Positions 23,001 to 38,100 of a stretch of 64,000 bases of DNA are shown here, piece after piece (within the stretch, counting starts at the first letter, position 1; each line of letters starts with the position of its first letter). The notes under the pieces were generated by a model. That model was not told the DNA's origin, searched no databases, and saw nothing but the letters and a program-made list of their open reading frames with translations. Where the stretch lies: NCBI GenBank assembly GCA_964057225.1, contig OZ059897.1:21824001-21888000 (forward strand), given 5' to 3'. Made by a program: the position numbers and the translations under genes. The stretch is from Auanema rhodensis. Its lineage: Eukaryota; Animalia; Nematoda.

Positions 23001-26000
23001 ACTTTGAAATTTACGTGTACTTTAATTTATGCTAATTAAATGTACACGTGATGTGCACTTGGTATGTAACTCGCTTCACGTGAAAGATAAAGAGATGCGG
23101 TTTTCAAAATTAGATTCCCCAAGTCCATATTAGTCTAAAAACAAATTTTTATTGATATTGGTTCATGGTAACCATGACTTTGAAATTTACGTGAACTTTA
23201 ATTTATGCTAATTAAATGTACACGTGATGTGCACTTGGTATGTAACTCGCTTCACGTGAAAGATAAAGAGATGCGGTTTTCAAAATTAGATTCCCCATGT
23301 CCATATTAGTCTAAAAACAAATTTTTATTGATATTGGTTCATGGTAACCATGACTTTGAAATTTACGTGAACTTTGATTTATGCTAATTAAATGTACACG
23401 TGATGTGCACTTGGTATGTAACTCGCTTCACGTGAAAGAGAAAGAGATGCGGTTTTCAAAATTAGATTCCCCATGTCCATATTAGTCTAAAAACAAATTT
23501 TTATTGATATTGGTGCATGGTAACCATGACTTTGAAATTTACGTGAACTTTAATTTATGCTAATTAAATGTACACGTGATGTGCACTTGGTATGTAACTC
23601 GCTTCACGTGAAAGATAAAGAGATGCGGTTTTCAAAATTAGATTCCTCATGTCCATATTAGTCTAAAAACAAATTTTTATTGATATTGGTTCATGGTAAC
23701 CATGACTTTGAAGTTTACGTGAACTTTTATTTATGCTAATTAAATGTACACGTGATGTGCACTTGGTATGTAACTCGCTTCACGTGAAAGATAAAGAGAT
23801 GCGGTTTTCAAAATTAGATTCCCCATCTCCATATTAGTCTAAAAACAAATTTTTATTGATATTGGTGCATGGTAACCATGACTTTGAAATTTACGTGAAC
23901 TTTAATTTATGCTAATTAAATGTACACGTGATGTGCACTTGGTATGTAACTCGCTTCATGTGAAAGATAAAGAGATGCGGTTATCAAAATTAGATTCCCC
24001 ATGTCCATATTAGTCTGAAAACAAATTTTTATTGATATTGGTTCATGGTAACCATGACTTTGAAATTTACGTGAACTTTAATTTATGCTAATTAAATGTA
24101 CACGTGATGTGCACTTGGTATGTAACTCGCTTCACGTGAAAGATAAAGAGATGCGGTTTTCAAAATTAGATTCCCCATGTCCATATTAGTCTAAAAACAA
24201 ATTTTTATTGATATTGGTGCATGGTAACCATGACTTTGAAATTTACGTGAACTTTAATTTATGCTAATTAAATGTACACGTGATGTGCACTTGGTATGTA
24301 ACTCGCTTCACGTGAAAGATAAAGAGATGCGGTTCTCAAAATTAGATTCCCCATGTCCATATTAGTCTAAAAACAAATTTTTATTGATATTGGTGCATGG
24401 TAACCATGAATTTGAAATTTACGTGAACTTTAATTTATGCTAATTAAATGTACACGTGATGTGCACTTGGTATGTAACTCGCTTCACGTGAAAGATAAAG
24501 AGATGCGGTTTTCAAAATTAGATTCCCCATGTCCATATTAGTCTAAAAACAAATTTTTATTGATATTGGTGCATGGTAACCATGACTTTGAAATTTACGT
24601 GAACTTTAATTTATGCTAATTAAATGTACACGTGATGTGCACTTGGTATGTAACTCGCTTCACGTGAAAGATAAAGAGATGCGGTTTTCAAAATTAGATT
24701 CCCCATCTCCATATTAGTCTAAAAACAAATTTTTATTGATATTGGTGCATGGTAACCATGACTTTGAAATTTACGTGAACTTTAATTTATGCTAATTAAA
24801 TGTACACGTGATGTGCACTTGGTATGTAACTCGCTTCATGTGAAAGATAAAGAGATGCGGTTATCAAAATTAGATTCCCCATGTCCATATTAGTCTGAAA
24901 ACAAATTTTTATTGATATTGGTTCATGGTAACCATGACTTTGAAATTTACGTGAACTTTAATTTATGCTAATTAAATGTACACGTGATGTGCACTTGGTA
25001 TGTAACTCGCTTCACGTGGAAGATAAAGAGATGCGGTTTTCAAAATTAGATTCCCCATGTCCATATTAGTCTAAAAACAAATTTTTATTGATATTGGTTC
25101 ATGGTAACCATGACTTTGAAGTTTACGTGAACTTTTATTTATGCTAATTAAATGTACACGTGATGTGCACTTGGTATGTAACTCGCTTCACGTGAAAGAT
25201 AAAGAGATGCGGTTTTTAAAATTAGATTCCCCATCTCCATATTAGTCTAAAAACAAATTTTTATTGATATTGGTGCATGGTAACCATGACTTTGAAATTT
25301 ACGTGAACTTTAATTTATGCTAATTAAATGTACACGTGATGTGCACTTGGTATGTAACTCGCTTCATGTGAAAGATAAAGAGATGCGGTTATCAAAATTA
25401 GATTCCCCATGTCCATATTAGTCTGAAAACAAATTTTTATTGATATTGGTTCATGGTAACCATGACTTTGAAATTTACGTGAACTTTAATTTATGCTAAT
25501 TAAATGTACACGTGATGTGCACTTGGTATGTAATTCGCTTCACGTGGAAGATAAAGAGATGCGGTTTTCAAAATTAGATTCCCCATGTCCATATTAGTCT
25601 AAAAACAAATTTTTATTGATATTGGTTCATGGTAACCATGACTTTGAAATTTACGTGAATTTTAATTTATGCTAATTAAATGTACACGTGATGTGCACTT
25701 GGTATGTAACTCGCTTCACGTGGAAGATAAAGAGATGCGGTTTTCAAAATTAGATTCCCCATGTCCATATTAGTCTAAAAACAAATTTTTATTGATATTG
25801 GTTCATGGTAACCATGACTTTGAAATTTACGTGAACTTTAATTTATGCTAATTAAATGTACACGTGATGTGCACTTGGTATGTAACTCGCTTCACGTGGA
25901 AGATAAAGAGATGCGGTTTTCAAAATTAGATTCCCCATGTCCATATTAGTCTAAAAACAAATTTTTATTGATATTGGTGCATGGTAACCATGACTTTGAA

Positions 26001-29000
26001 ATTTACGTGTACTTTAATTTATGCTAATTAAATGTACACGTGATGTGCACTTGGTATGTAACTCGCTTCACGTGAAAGATAAAGAGATGCGGTTTTCAAA
26101 ATTAGATTCCCCATGTCCATATTAGTCTAAAAACAAATTTTTATTGATATTGGTTCATGGTAACCATGACTTTGAAATTTACGTGAACTTTGATTTATGC
26201 TAATTAAATGTACACGTGATGTGCACTTGGTATGTAACTCGCTTCACGTGAAAGAGAAAGAGATGCGGTTTTCAAAATTAGATTCCCCATGTCCATATTA
26301 GTCTAAAAACAAATTTTTATTGATATTGGTGCATGGTAACCATGACTTTGAAATTTACGTGAACTTTAATTTATGCTAATTAAATGTACACGTGATGTGC
26401 ACTTGGTATGTAACTCGCTTCACGTGAAAGATAAAGAGATGCGGTTTTCAAAATTAGATTCCTCATGTCCATATTAGTCTAAAAACAAATTTTTATTGAT
26501 ATTGGTTCATGGTAACCATGACTTTGAAGTTTACGTGAACTTTTATTTATGCTAATTAAATGTACACGTGATGTGCACTTGGTATGTAACTCGCTTCACG
26601 TGAAAGATAAAGAGATGCGGTTTTCAAAATTAGATTCCCCATCTCCATATTAGTCTAAAAACAAATTTTTATTGATATTGGTGCATGGTAACCATGACTT
26701 TGAAATTTACGTGAACTTTAATTTATGCTAATTAAATGTACACGTGATGTGCACTTGGTATGTAACTCGCTTCATGTGAAAGATAAAGAGATGCGGTTAT
26801 CAAAATTAGATTCCCCATGTCCATATTAGTCTGAAAACAAATTTTCATTGATATTGGTTCATGGTAACCATGACTTTGAAATTTACGTGAACTTTAATTT
26901 ATGCTAATTAAATGTACACGTGATGTGCACTTGGTATGTAACTCGCTTCACGTGAAAGATAAAGAGATGCGGTTTTCAAAATTAGATTCCCCATGTCCAT
27001 ATTAGTCTAAAAACAAATTTTTATTGATATTGGTGCATGGTAACCATGACTTTGAAATTTACGTGAACTTTAATTTATGCTAATTAAATGTACACGTGAT
27101 GTGCACTTGGTATGTAACTCGCTTCACGTGAAAGATAAAGAGATGCGGTTTTCAAAATTAGATTCCCCATGTCCATATTAGTCTAAAAACAAATTTTTAT
27201 TGATATTGGTGCATGGTAACCATGACTTTGAAATTTACGTGAACTTTAATTTATGCTAATTAAATGTACACGTGATGTGCACTTGGTATGTAACTCGCTT
27301 CACGTAAAAGATAAAGAGATGCGGTTTTCAAAATTAGATTCCCCATGTCCATATTAGTCTAAAAACAAATTTTTATTGATATTGGTTCATGGTAACCATG
27401 ACTTTGAAATTTACGTGAACTTTAATTTATGCTAATTAAATGTACACGTGATGTGCACTTGGTATGTAACTCGCTTCACGTGAAAGATAAAGAGATGCGG
27501 TTTTCAAAATTAGATTCCCCATGTCCATATTAGTCTAAAAACAAATTTTTATTGATATTGGTGCATGGTAACCATGACTTTGAAATTTACGTGAACTTTA
27601 ATTTATGCTAATTAAATGTACACGTGATGTGCACTTGGTATGTAACTCGCTTCACGTGAAAGATAAAGAGATGCGGTTTTCACAATTAGATTCCCCATCT
27701 CCATATTAGTCTAAAAACAAATTTTTATTGATATTGGTGCATGGTAACCATGACTTTGAAATTTACGTGAACTTTAATTTATGCTAATTAAATGTACACG
27801 TGATGTGCACTTTGTATGTAACTCGCTTCACGTGAAAGATAAAGAGATGCGGTTTTCAAAATTAGATTCCCCATGTCCATATTAGTCTAAAAACAAATTT
27901 TTATTGATATTGGTTCATGGTAACCATGACTTTGAAATTTACGTGAACTTTAATTTATGCTAATTAAATGTACACGTGATGTGCACTTGGTATGTAACTC
28001 GCTTCACGTGAAAGATAAAGAGATGCGGTTTTCAAAATTAGATTCCCCATGTCCATATTAGTCTAAAAACAAATTTTTATTGATATTGGTTCATGGTAAC
28101 CATGACTTTGAAATTTACGTGAACTTTGATTTATGCTAATTAAATGTACACGTGATGTGCACTTGGTATGTAACTCGTTTCACGTGAAAGATAAAGAGAT
28201 GCGGTTTTCAAAATTAGATTCCCCATGTCCATATTAGTCTAAAAACAAATTTTTATTGATATTGGTGCATGGTAACCATGACTTTGAAATTTACGTGTAC
28301 TTTAATTTATGCTAATTAAATGTACACGTGATGTGCACTTGGTATGTAACTCGCTTCACGTGAAAGATAAAGAGATGCGGTTTTCAAAATTAGATTCCCC
28401 AAGTCCATATTAGTCTAAAAACAAATTTTTATTGATATTGGTTCATGGTAACCATGACTTTGAAATTTACGTGAACTTTAATTTATGCTAATTAAATGTA
28501 CACGTGATGTGCACTTGGTATGTAACTCGCTTCACGTGAAAGATAAAGAGATGCGGTTTTCAAAATTAGATTCCCCATGTCCATATTAGTCTAAAAACAA
28601 ATTTTTATTGATATTGGTTCATGGTAACCATGACTTTGAAATTTACGTGAACTTTGATTTATGCTAATTAAATGTACACGTGATGTGCACTTGGTATGTA
28701 ACTCGCTTCACGTGAAAGAGAAAGAGATGCGGTTTTCAAAATTAGATTCCCCATGTCCATATTAGTCTAAAAACAAATTTTTATTGATATTGGTGCATGG
28801 TAACCATGACTTTGAAATTTACGTGAACTTTAATTTATGCTAATTAAATGTACACGTGATGTGCACTTGGTATGTAACTCGCTTCACGTGAAAGATAAAG
28901 AGATGCGGTTTTCAAAATTAGATTCCTCATGTCCATATTAGTCTAAAAACAAATTTTTATTGATATTGGTTCATGGTAACCATGACTTTGAAGTTTACGT

Positions 29001-32000
29001 GAACTTTTATTTATGCTAATTAAATGTACACGTGATGTGCACTTGGTATGTAACTCGCTTCACGTGAAAGATAAAGAGATGCGGTTTTCAAAATTAGATT
29101 CCCCATCTCCATATTAGTCTAAAAACAAATTTTTATTGATATTGGTGCATGGTAACCATGACTTTGAAATTTACGTGAACTTTAATTTATGCTAATTAAA
29201 TGTACACGTGATGTGCACTTGGTATGTAACTCGCTTCATGTGAAAGATAAAGAGATGCGGTTATCAAAATTAGATTCCCCATGTCCATATTAGTCTGAAA
29301 ACAAATTTTTATTGATATTGGTTCATGGTAACCATGACTTTGAAATTTACGTGAACTTTAATTTATGCTAATTAAATGTACACGTGATGTGCACTTGGTA
29401 TGTAACTCGCTTCACGTGGAAGATAAAGAGATGCGGTTTTCAAAATTAGATTCCCCATGTCCATATTAGTCTAAAAACAAATTTTTATTGATATTGGTTC
29501 ATGGTAACCATGACTTTGAAGTTTACGTGAACTTTTATTTATGCTAATTAAATGTACACGTGATGTGCACTTGGTATGTAACTCGCTTCACGTGAAAGAT
29601 AAAGAGATGCGGTTTTCAAAATTAGATTCCCCATCTCCATATTAGTCTAAAAACAAATTTTTATTGATATTGGTGCATGGTAACCATGACTTTGAAATTT
29701 ACGTGAACTTTAATTTATGCTAATTAAATGTACACGTGATGTGCACTTGGTATGTAACTCGCTTCATGTGAAAGATAAAGAGATGCGGTTATCAAAATTA
29801 GATTCCCCATGTCCATATTAGTCTGAAAACAAATTTTTATTGATATTGGTTCATGGTAACCATGACTTTGAAATTTACGTGAACTTTAATTTATGCTAAT
29901 TAAATGTACACGTGATGTGCACTTGGTATGTAATTCGCTTCACGTGGAAGATAAAGAGATGCGGTTTTCAAAATTAGATTCCCCATGTCCATATTAGTCT
30001 AAAAACAAATTTTTATTGATATTGGTTCATGGTAACCATGACTTTGAAATTTACGTGAATTTTAATTTATGCTAATTAAATGTACACGTGATGTGCACTT
30101 GGTATGTAACTCGCTTCACGTGGAAGATAAAGAGATGCGGTTTTCAAAATTAGATTCCCCATGTCCATATTAGTCTAAAAACAAATTTTTATTGATATTG
30201 GTTCATGGTAACCATGACTTTTAAATTTACGTGAACTTTAATTTATGCTAATTAAATGTACACGTGATGTGCACTTGGTATGTAACTCGCTTCACGTGGA
30301 AGATAAAGAGATGCGGTTTTCAAAATTAGATTCCCCATGTCCATATTAGTCTAAAAACAAATTTTTATTGATATTGGTTCATGGTAACCATGACTTTGAA
30401 ATTTACGTGAACTTTAATTTATGCTAATTAAATGTACACGTGATGTGCACTTGGTATGTAACTCGCTTCACGTGAAAGATAAAGAGATGCGGTTTTCAAA
30501 ATTAGATTCCCCATGTCCATATTAGTCTAAAAACAAATTTTTATTGATATTGGTGCATGGTAACCATGACTTTGAAATTTACGTGTACTTTAATTTATGC
30601 TAATTAAATGTACACGTGATGTGCACTTGGTATGTAACTCGCTTCACGTGAAAGATAAAGAGATGCGGTTTTCAAAATTAGATTCCCCAAGTCCATATTA
30701 GTCTAAAAACAAATTTTTATTGATATTGGTTCATGGTAACCATGACTTTGAAATTTACGTGAACTTTAATTTATGCTAATTAAATGTACACGTGATGTGC
30801 ACTTGGTATGTAACTCGCTTCACGTGAAAGATAAAGAGATGCGGTTTTCAAAATTAGATTCCCCATGTCCATATTAGTCTAAAAACAAATTTTTATTGAT
30901 ATTGGTTCATGGTAACCATGACTTTGAAATTTACGTGAACTTTGATTTATGCTAATTAAATGTACACGTGATGTGCACTTGGTATGTAACTCGCTTCACG
31001 TGAAAGAGAAAGAGATGCGGTTTTCAAAATTAGATTCCCCATGTCCATATTAGTCTAAAAACAAATTTTTATTGATATTGGTGCATGGTAACCATGACTT
31101 TGAAATTTACGTGAACTTTAATTTATGCTAATTAAATGTACACGTGATGTGCACTTGGTATGTAACTCGCTTCACGTGAAAGATAAAGAGATGCGGTTTT
31201 CAAAATTAGATTCCTCATGTCCATATTAGTCTAAAAACAAATTTTTATTGATATTGGTTCATGGTAACCATGACTTTGAAGTTTACGTGAACTTTTATTT
31301 ATGCTAATTAAATGTACACGTGATGTGCACTTGGTATGTAACTCGCTTCACGTGAAAGATAAAGAGATGCGGTTTTCAAAATTAGATTCCCCATCTCCAT
31401 ATTAGTCTAAAAACAAATTTTTATTGATATTGGTGCATGGTAACCATGACTTTGAAATTTACGTGAACTTTAATTTATGCTAATTAAATGTACACGTGAT
31501 GTGCACTTGGTATGTAACTCGCTTCATGTGAAAGATAAAGAGATGCGGTTATCAAAATTAGATTCCCCATGTCCATATTAGTCTGAAAACAAATTTTTAT
31601 TGATATTGGTTCATGGTAACCATGACTTTGAAATTTACGTGAACTTTAATTTATGCTAATTAAATGTACACGTGATGTGCACTTGGTATGTAACTCGCTT
31701 CACGTGAAAGATAAAGAGATGCGGTTTTCAAAATTAGATTCCCCATGTCCATATTAGTCTAAAAACAAATTTTTATTGATATTGGTGCATGGTAACCATG
31801 ACTTTGAAATTTACGTGAACTTTAATTTATGCTAATTAAATGTACACGTGATGTGCACTTGGTATGTAACTCGCTTCACGTGAAAGATAAAGAGATGCGG
31901 TTCTCAAAATTAGATTCCCCATGTCCATATTAGTCTAAAAACAAATTTTTATTGATATTGGTGCATGGTAACCATGAATTTGAAATTTACGTGAACTTTA

Positions 32001-32190
32001 ATTTATGCTAATTAAATGTACACGTGATGTGCACTTGGTATGTAACTCGCTTCACGTGAAAGATAAAGAGATGCGGTTTTCAAAATTAGATTCCCCATGT
32101 CCATATTAGTCTAAAAACAAATTTTTATTGATATTGGTGCATGGTAACCATGACTTTGAAATTTACGTGAACTTTAATTTATGCTAATTA
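17050..32190. repeat. 43-monomer (7568-bp) tandem duplication
   Basis: Rare variants recur at +7568: CCCCATCT 17133/24701, ATTTTCAT 19273/26841, ACTTTGTAT 20241/27809, and the CATGAATT variant base at 24410/31978. Boundaries approximate. Confidence 0.88.
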
Positions 32191-35100
32191 AATGTACACG
32201 TGATGTGCACTTGGTATGTAACTCGCTTCACGTGAAAGATAAAGAGATGCGGTTTTCAAAATTAGATTCCCCATGTCCATATTAGTCTAAAAACAAATTT
32301 TTATTGATATTGGTTCATGGTAACCATGACTTTGAAATTTACGTGAACTTTAATTTATGCTAATTAAATGTACACGTGATGTGCACTTGGTATGTAACTC
32401 GCTTCACGTGAAAGATAAAGAGATGCGGTTTTCAAAATTAGATTCCCCATGTCCATATTAGTCTAAAAACAAATTTTTATTGATATTGGTGCATGGTAAC
32501 CATGACTTTGAAATTTACGTGAACTTTAATTTATGCTAATTAAATGTACACGTGATGTGCACTTGGTATGTAACTCGCTTCACGTGAAAGATAAAGAGAT
32601 GCGGTTTTCAAAATTAGATTCCCCATGTCCATATTAGTCTAAAAACAAATTTGTATTGATATTGGTGCATGGTAACCATGACTTTGAAATTTACGTGAAC
32701 TTTAATTTATGCTAATTAAATGTACACGTGATGTGCACTTGGTATGTAACTCGCTTCACGTGAAAGATAAAGAGATGCGGTTTTCAAAATTAGATTCCTC
32801 ATGTCCATATTAGTCTAAAAACAAATTTTTATTGATATTGGTGCATGGTAACCATGACTTTGAAATTTACGTGAACTTTAATTTATGCTAATTAAATGTA
32901 CACGTGATGTGCACTTGGTATGTAACTCGCTTCACGTGAAAGATAAAGAGATGCGGTTTTCAAAATTAGATTCCTCATGTCCATATTAGTCTAAAAACAA
33001 ATTTTTATTGATATTGGTTCATGGTAATCATGACTTTGAAGTTTACGTGAACTTTTATTTATGCTAATTAAATGTACACGTGATGTGCACTTGGTATGTA
33101 ACTCGCTTCACGTGAAAGATAAAGAGATGCGGTTTTCACAATTAGATTCCCCATCTCCATATTAGTCTAAAAACAAATTTTTATTGATATTGGTGCATGG
33201 TAACCATGACTTTGAAATTTACGTGAACTTTAATTTATGCTAATTAAATGTACACGTGATGTGCACTTTGTATGTAACTCGCTTCACGTGAAAGATAAAG
33301 AGATGCGGTTTTCAAAATTAGATTCCCCATGTCCATATTAGTCTAAAAACAAATTTTTATTGATATTGGTTCATGGTAACCATGACTTTGAAATTTACGT
33401 GAACTTTAATTTATGCTAATTAAATGTACACGTGATGTGCACTTGGTATGTAACTCGCTTCACGTGAAAGATAAAGAGATGCGGTTTCCAAAATTAGATT
33501 CCCCATGTCCATATTAGTCTAAAAACAAATTTTTATTGATATTGGTTCATGGTAACCATGACTTTGAAATTTACGTGAACTTTGATTTATGCTAATTAAA
33601 TGTACACGTGATGTGCACTTGGTATGTAACTCGCTTCACGTGAAAGATAAAGAGATGCAGTTTTCAAAATTAGATTCCCCATGTCCATATTAGTCTAAAA
33701 ACAAATTTTTATTGATATTGGTGCATGGTAACCATGACTTTGAAATTTACGTGAACTTTAATTTATGCTAATTAAATGTACACGTGATGTGCACTTGGTA
33801 TGTAACTCGCTTCACGTGAAAGATAAAGAAATGCGGTTTTCAAAATTAGATTCCTCATGTCCATATTAGTCTAAAAACAAATTTTTATTGATATTGGTGC
33901 ATGGTAACCATGACTTTGAAATTTACGTGAACTTTAATTTATGCTAATTAAATGTACACGTGATGTGCACTTGGTATGTAACTCGCTTCACGTGAAAGAT
34001 AAAGAGATGCGGTTTTCAAAATTAGATTCCTCATGTCCATATTAGTCTAAAAACAAATTTTTATTGATATTGGTTCATGGTAACCATGACTTTGAAGTTT
34101 ACGTGAACTTTTATTTATGCTAATTAAATGTACACGTGATGTGCACTTGGTATGTAACTCGCTTCACGTGAAAGATAAAGAGATGCGGTTTTCAAAATTA
34201 GATTCCCCATCTCCATATTAGTCTAAAAACAAATTTTCATTGATATTGGTGCATGGTAACCATGACTTTGAAATTTACGTGAACTTTAATTTATGCTAAT
34301 TAAATGTACACGTGATGTGCACTTGGTATGTAACTCGCTTCACGTGAAAGATAAAGAGATGCGGTTTTCAAAATTAGATTCCCCATGTCCATATTAGTCT
34401 AAAAACAAATTTTTATTGATATTGGTTCATGGTAACCATGACTTTGAAATTTACGTGAACTTTGATTTATGCTAATTAAATGTACACGTGATGTGCACTT
34501 GGTATGTAACTCGCTTCACGTGAAAGATAAAGAGATGCAGTTTTCAAAATTAGATTCCCCATGTCCATATTAGTCTAAAAACAAATTTGTATTGATATTG
34601 GTGCATGGTAACCATGACTTTGAAATTTACGTGAACTTTAATTTATGCTAATTAAATGTACACGTGATGTGCACTTGGTATGTAACTCGCTTCACGTGAA
34701 AGATAAAGAGATGCGGTTTTCAAAATTAGATTCCTCATGTCCATATTAGTCTAAAAACAAATTTTTATTGATATTGGTGCATGGTAACCATGACTTTGAA
34801 ATTTACGTGAACTTTAATTTATGCTAATTAAATGTACACGTGATGTGCACTTGGTATGTAACTCGCTTCACGTGAAAGATAAAGAGATGCGGTTTTCAAA
34901 ATTAGATTCCTCATGTCCATATTAGTCTAAAAACAAATTTTTATTGATATTGGTTCATGGTAACCATGACTTTGAAATTTACGTGAACTTTAATTTATGC
35001 TAATTAAATGTACACGTGATGTGCACTTGGTATGTAACTCGCTTCACGTGAAAGATAAAGAGATGCGGTTTTCAAAATTAGATTCCCCATGTCCATATTA

Positions 35101-38100
35101 GTCTGAAAACAAATTTTTATTGATATTGGTTCATGGTAACCATGACTTTGAAATTTACGTGAACTTTAATTTATGCTAATTAAATGTACACGTGATGTGC
35201 ACTTGGTATGTAACTCGCTTCATGTGAAAGATAAAGAGATGCGGTTATCAAAATTAGATTCCCCATGTCCATATTAGTCTGAAAACAAATTTTTATTGAT
35301 ATTGGTTCATGGTAACCATGACTTTGAAATTTACGTGAACTTTAATTTATGCTAATTAAATGTACACGTGATGTGCACTTGGTATGTAACTCGCTTCACG
35401 TGAAAGATAAAGAGATGCGGTTTTCAAAATTAGATTCCCCATGTCCATATTAGTCTAAAAACAAATTTTTATTGATATTGGTTCATGGTAACCATGACTT
35501 TGAAATTTACGTGAACTTTAATTTATGCTAATTAAATGTACACGTGATGTGCACTTGGTATGTAACTCGCTTCACGTGAAAGATAAAGAGATGCGGTTTT
35601 CAAAATTAGATTCCCCATGTCCATATTAGTCTAAAAACAAATTTTTATTGATATTGGTGCATGGTAACCATGACTTTGAAATTTACGTGAACTTTAATTT
35701 ATGCTAATTAAATGTACACGTGATGTGCACTTGGTATGTAACTCGCTTCACGTGAAAGATAAAGAGATGCGGTTTTCAAAATTAGATTCCCCATGTCCAT
35801 ATTAGTCTAAAAACAAATTTTTATTGATATTGGTGCATGGTAACCATGACTTTGAAATTTACGTGAACTTTAATTTATGCTAATTAAATGTACACGTGAT
35901 GTGCACTTGGTATGTAACTCGCTTCACGTGAAAGATAAAGAGATGCGGTTTTCAAAATTAGATTCCCCATGTCCATATTAGTCTAAAAACAAATTTTTAT
36001 TGATATTGGTTCATGGTAACCATGACTTTGAAATTTACGTGAACTTTAATTTATGCTAATTAAATGTACACGTGATGTGCACTTGGTATGTAACTCGCTT
36101 CACGTGAAAGATAAAGAGATGCGGTTTTCAAAATTAGATTCCCCATGTCCATATTAGTCTAAAAACAAATTTTTATTGATATTGGTGCATGGTAACCATG
36201 ACTTTGAAATTTACGTGAACTTTAATTTATGCTAATTAAATGTACACGTGATGTGCACTTGGTATGTAACTCGCTTCACGTGAAAGATAAAGAGATGCGG
36301 TTTTCAAAATTAGATTCCCCATGTCCATATTAGTCTAAAAACAAATTTGTATTGATATTGGTGCATGGTAACCATGACTTTGAAATTTACGTGAACTTTA
36401 ATTTATGCTAATTAAATGTACACGTGATGTGCACTTGGTATGTAACTCGCTTCACGTGAAAGATAAAGAGATGCGGTTTTCAAAATTAGATTCCTCATGT
36501 CCATATTAGTCTAAAAACAAATTTTTATTGATATTGGTGCATGGTAACCATGACTTTGAAATTTACGTGAACTTTAATTTATGCTAATTAAATGTACACG
36601 TGATGTGCACTTGGTATGTAACTCGCTTCACGTGAAAGATAAAGAGATGCGGTTTTCAAAATTAGATTCCTCATGTCCATATTAGTCTAAAAACAAATTT
36701 TTATTGATATTGGTTCATGGTAATCATGACTTTGAAGTTTACGTGAACTTTTATTTATGCTAATTAAATGTACACGTGATGTGCACTTGGTATGTAACTC
36801 GCTTCACGTGAAAGATAAAGAGATGCGGTTTTCACAATTAGATTCCCCATGTCCATATTAGTCTAAAAACAAATTTTTATTGATATTGGTTCATGGTAAC
36901 CATGACTTTGAAATTTACGTGAACTTTGATTTATGCTAATTAAATGTACACGTGATGTGCACTTGGTATGTAACTCGCTTCACGTGAAAGATAAAGAGAT
37001 GCAGTTTTCAAAATTAGATTCCCCATGTCCATATTAGTCTAAAAACAAATTTTTATTGATATTGGTGCATGGTAACCATGACTTTGAAATTTACGTGAAC
37101 TTTAATTTATGCTAATTAAATGTACACGTGATGTGCACTTGGTATGTAACTCGCTTCACGTGAAAGATAAAGAAATGCGGTTTTCAAAATTAGATTCCTC
37201 ATGTCCATATTAGTCTAAAAACAAATTTTTATTGATATTGGTGCATGGTAACCATGACTTTGAAATTTACGTGAACTTTAATTTATGCTAATTAAATGTA
37301 CACGTGATGTGCACTTGGTATGTAACTCGCTTCACGTGAAAGATAAAGAAATGCGGTTTTCAAAATTAGATTCCTCATGTCCATATTAGTCTAAAAACAA
37401 ATTTTTATTGATATTGGTTCATGGTAATCATGACTTTGAAGTTTACGTGAACTTTTATTTATGCTAATTAAATGTACACGTGATGTGCACTTGGTATGTA
37501 ACTCGCTTCACGTGAAAGATAAAGAGATGCGGTTTTCACAATTAGATTCCCCATCTCCATATTAGTCTAAAAACAAATTTTTATTGATATTGGTGCATGG
37601 TAACCATGACTTTGAAATTTACGTGAACTTTAATTTATGCTAATTAAATGTACACGTGATGTGCACTTTGTATGTAACTCGCTTCACGTGAAAGATAAAG
37701 AGATGCGGTTTTCAAAATTAGATTCCCCATGTCCATATTAGTCTAAAAACAAATTTTTATTGATATTGGTTCATGGTAACCATGACTTTGAAATTTACGT
37801 GAACTTTAATTTATGCTAATTAAATGTACACGTGATGTGCACTTGGTATGTAACTCGCTTCACGTGAAAGATAAAGAGATGCGGTTTTCAAAATTAGATT
37901 CCCCATGTCCATATTAGTCTAAAAACAAATTTTTATTGATATTGGTTCATGGTAACCATGACTTTGAAATTTACGTGAACTTTGATTTATGCTAATTAAA
38001 TGTACACGTGATGTGCACTTGGTATGTAACTCGCTTCACGTGAAAGATAAAGAGATGCAGTTTTCAAAATTAGATTCCCCATGTCCATATTAGTCTAAAA